Positions 47,691 to 49,115 of a stretch of 49,115 bases of DNA are shown in pieces. The notes beneath the pieces were generated by a model that did not search any database, had not been told where the DNA came from, and saw only the letters and a program-made list of their open reading frames with translations. Numbering within the stretch: the first letter of the stretch is position 1; every line of letters starts with the position of its first letter. The stretch comes from Alphaproteobacteria bacterium (GTDB lineage Bacteria; Pseudomonadota; Alphaproteobacteria; UBA2136; JAPKEQ01), in contig JAPKEQ010000003.1 in assembly GCA_028821995.1 (NCBI GenBank), forward strand, positions 1 to 49,115. Reading direction: 5' to 3'. A program made the translations under genes and the position numbers.

Positions 47691-47842
47691 ACCGGCATTA
47701 AATACCCAGCTGGCTTAAACGCCGCTGATGCCACCGCTTGCGTCTAAAAAAAATCACGTTCGCTCTCGGTTGCATATTTCCAGACAAACCGAGAAAGCGC
47801 AGATTTAAACAGAATCTCTGTCGCTACATGAAAGACGATGAT

Positions 47843-49115
47843 ATGACGCAAACATTCGCCCAATTAGGGCTTTCTGAAGATTTGGTAACAGCACTTGCAA
47901 AGCAAGGCTTTAACTCCCCCACCCCCGTTCAAGAAGCAGCTATCCCTCTTGCCCTTACAGGTAAAGATATTCTAGGTTCAGCGCAAACTGGTACAGGTAA
48001 AACTGGTGCCTTTGGTATTCCAATGGTAAACCACCTGCTCTTTAACGAAGACGATACAGCTCTTATTGTAACGCCAACACGTGAGCTTGCCGCTCAGGTT
48101 GAGCAAAGCATCAAAAGTTTCCTTCCACACCGTAGCGGCATTAACACTGCGCTTATCATCGGTGGGGATTCCATGCAAAAGCAGCTTAAGCAACTTAGCT
48201 TTAACCCACGCATTGTTGTTGGTACACCAGGCCGTCTAAACGACCACCTGAGCCGCCGTACACTTAAGCTTAACAACACAAGCTTCCTTGTACTTGATGA
48301 AACAGACCGCATGCTGGACATGGGCTTCTCTATTCAGATTGAAGAAATCGTAAGCCACATGCCTCCTCAGCGCCAAACACTTCTGTTTAGTGCAACGCTT
48401 CCACGCAACATTATGTCTCTTGCTAAAAACTACCTGAACGAGCCTGAGCGTATTGCAATTGGTTCTACAACCAAGCCAGCGGAAAACATTGACCACCAAA
48501 CAAAGCGTATTGAAGATGGCGATAAGTACGAAGACCTATTAAACGAACTTTCTGGCCGCGATGGCTCTGTGATTATTTTTGTAAAAACAAAACATGGTGC
48601 AGACCGTCTGGCTGATAAAATTAAGCGCGATGGCTTTAAAGCTGCTGCGATTCACGGTGACCTACGTCACAACAAACGTGAGCGCGTAACAGATGGCTTC
48701 CGTAAAGAGAAATACAAAGTACTTGTTGCAACTGATGTTGCAGCGCGCGGACTTGATATTCCTCACATTCAGCACGTTATTAACTATGACCTACCACAGT
48801 GCCCAGAAGATTACATCCACCGTATCGGACGTACAGCACGTGCCGGGGCTAAAGGCCATGCACTTGCTTACATCAGCCGTAAAGAATTCGGAAAATGGAA
48901 AGCCATTGAGCGCCTTGTATGGGGCGGCGAAACAACTGACGCACCACAAGCACGCGGCGGCGGTAACGGCGGCGGCAAGCCTCGTTCTTTCCAAGATCGT
49001 AAAGCGAAAAGCCACCGCAAAGGCGGATACGGCGAACGCAATGGTGGCGGCGAACAGCGTCGTAGCTTCGGCGGCGACAGAGACGGCAACCGCAGCTACG
49101 GCAACAGAGATGACA
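47843..49115 (+). CDS. DEAD/DEAH-box RNA helicase, 3' truncated by window end
   Basis: Own translation: PTPVQ, AQTGTGKT, PTRELA, GTPGR, LDETDRM, SAT, ARGLDI, HRIGRTAR, Gly/Arg-rich tail. Confidence 0.93.
   Translation, partial: MTQTFAQLGLSEDLVTALAKQGFNSPTPVQEAAIPLALTGKDILGSAQTGTGKTGAFGIPMVNHLLFNEDDTALIVTPTRELAAQVEQSIKSFLPHRSGINTALIIGGDSMQKQLKQLSFNPRIVVGTPGRLNDHLSRRTLKLNNTSFLVLDETDRMLDMGFSIQIEEIVSHMPPQRQTLLFSATLPRNIMSLAKNYLNEPERIAIGSTTKPAENIDHQTKRIEDGDKYEDLLNELSGRDGSVIIFVKTKHGADRLADKIKRDGFKAAAIHGDLRHNKRERVTDGFRKEKYKVLVATDVAARGLDIPHIQHVINYDLPQCPEDYIHRIGRTARAGAKGHALAYISRKEFGKWKAIERLVWGGETTDAPQARGGGNGGGKPRSFQDRKAKSHRKGGYGERNGGGEQRRSFGGDRDGNRSYGNRDD

Noticed and set aside
48295-48306. DETD instead of DEAD in the helicase
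   Set aside because: Fits the DExD consensus and the other motifs are intact
47978-49089. Short minus-strand ORFs at the window end
   Set aside because: Antisense shadows of the DEAD-box helicase
1-49115. tRNA/rRNA genes and alternative genetic code
   Set aside because: No cloverleaf or rRNA motifs recognised; conserved genes translate full length with the standard bacterial code

Overview
Bacterial chromosomal window, most likely from an alphaproteobacterium or related deep-branching proteobacterium (yfgM-bamB-der, thrB...rnhA and comEC-gltX arrangements). The housekeeping backbone (csaA, der, bamB, rlmE, ppx, hemL, thrB, pgpA, rnhA, algH, wecC, comEC, gltX, cyclophilin, GSII, yaaA, cspA, DEAD-box helicase) is interleaved with about 30 orphan genes. 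The main unexplained signal is a shared grammar of these orphans: promoter, pyrimidine-rich leader with GGAG, ORF, a conserved AANCGA(A/T) motif, an A-rich spacer and an intrinsic terminator. I found the motif by eye at 23 terminators; it marks orphan genes (pgpA excepted) and, between convergent genes, sits on only one side of the hairpin. Other observations: a dsRBD-less RNase III-like protein, a degenerate Nudix protein, a duplicated unknown-protein/CBS module, duplicated structured leaders, a dispersed structured repeat with covariation, a G-rich structured element, tandem orphan paralogs, a secreted muramidase and a solitary phage tail-tip gene. No rRNA, tRNA, CRISPR array, integrase or transposase was recognised. 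All calls are by eye, without database searches.
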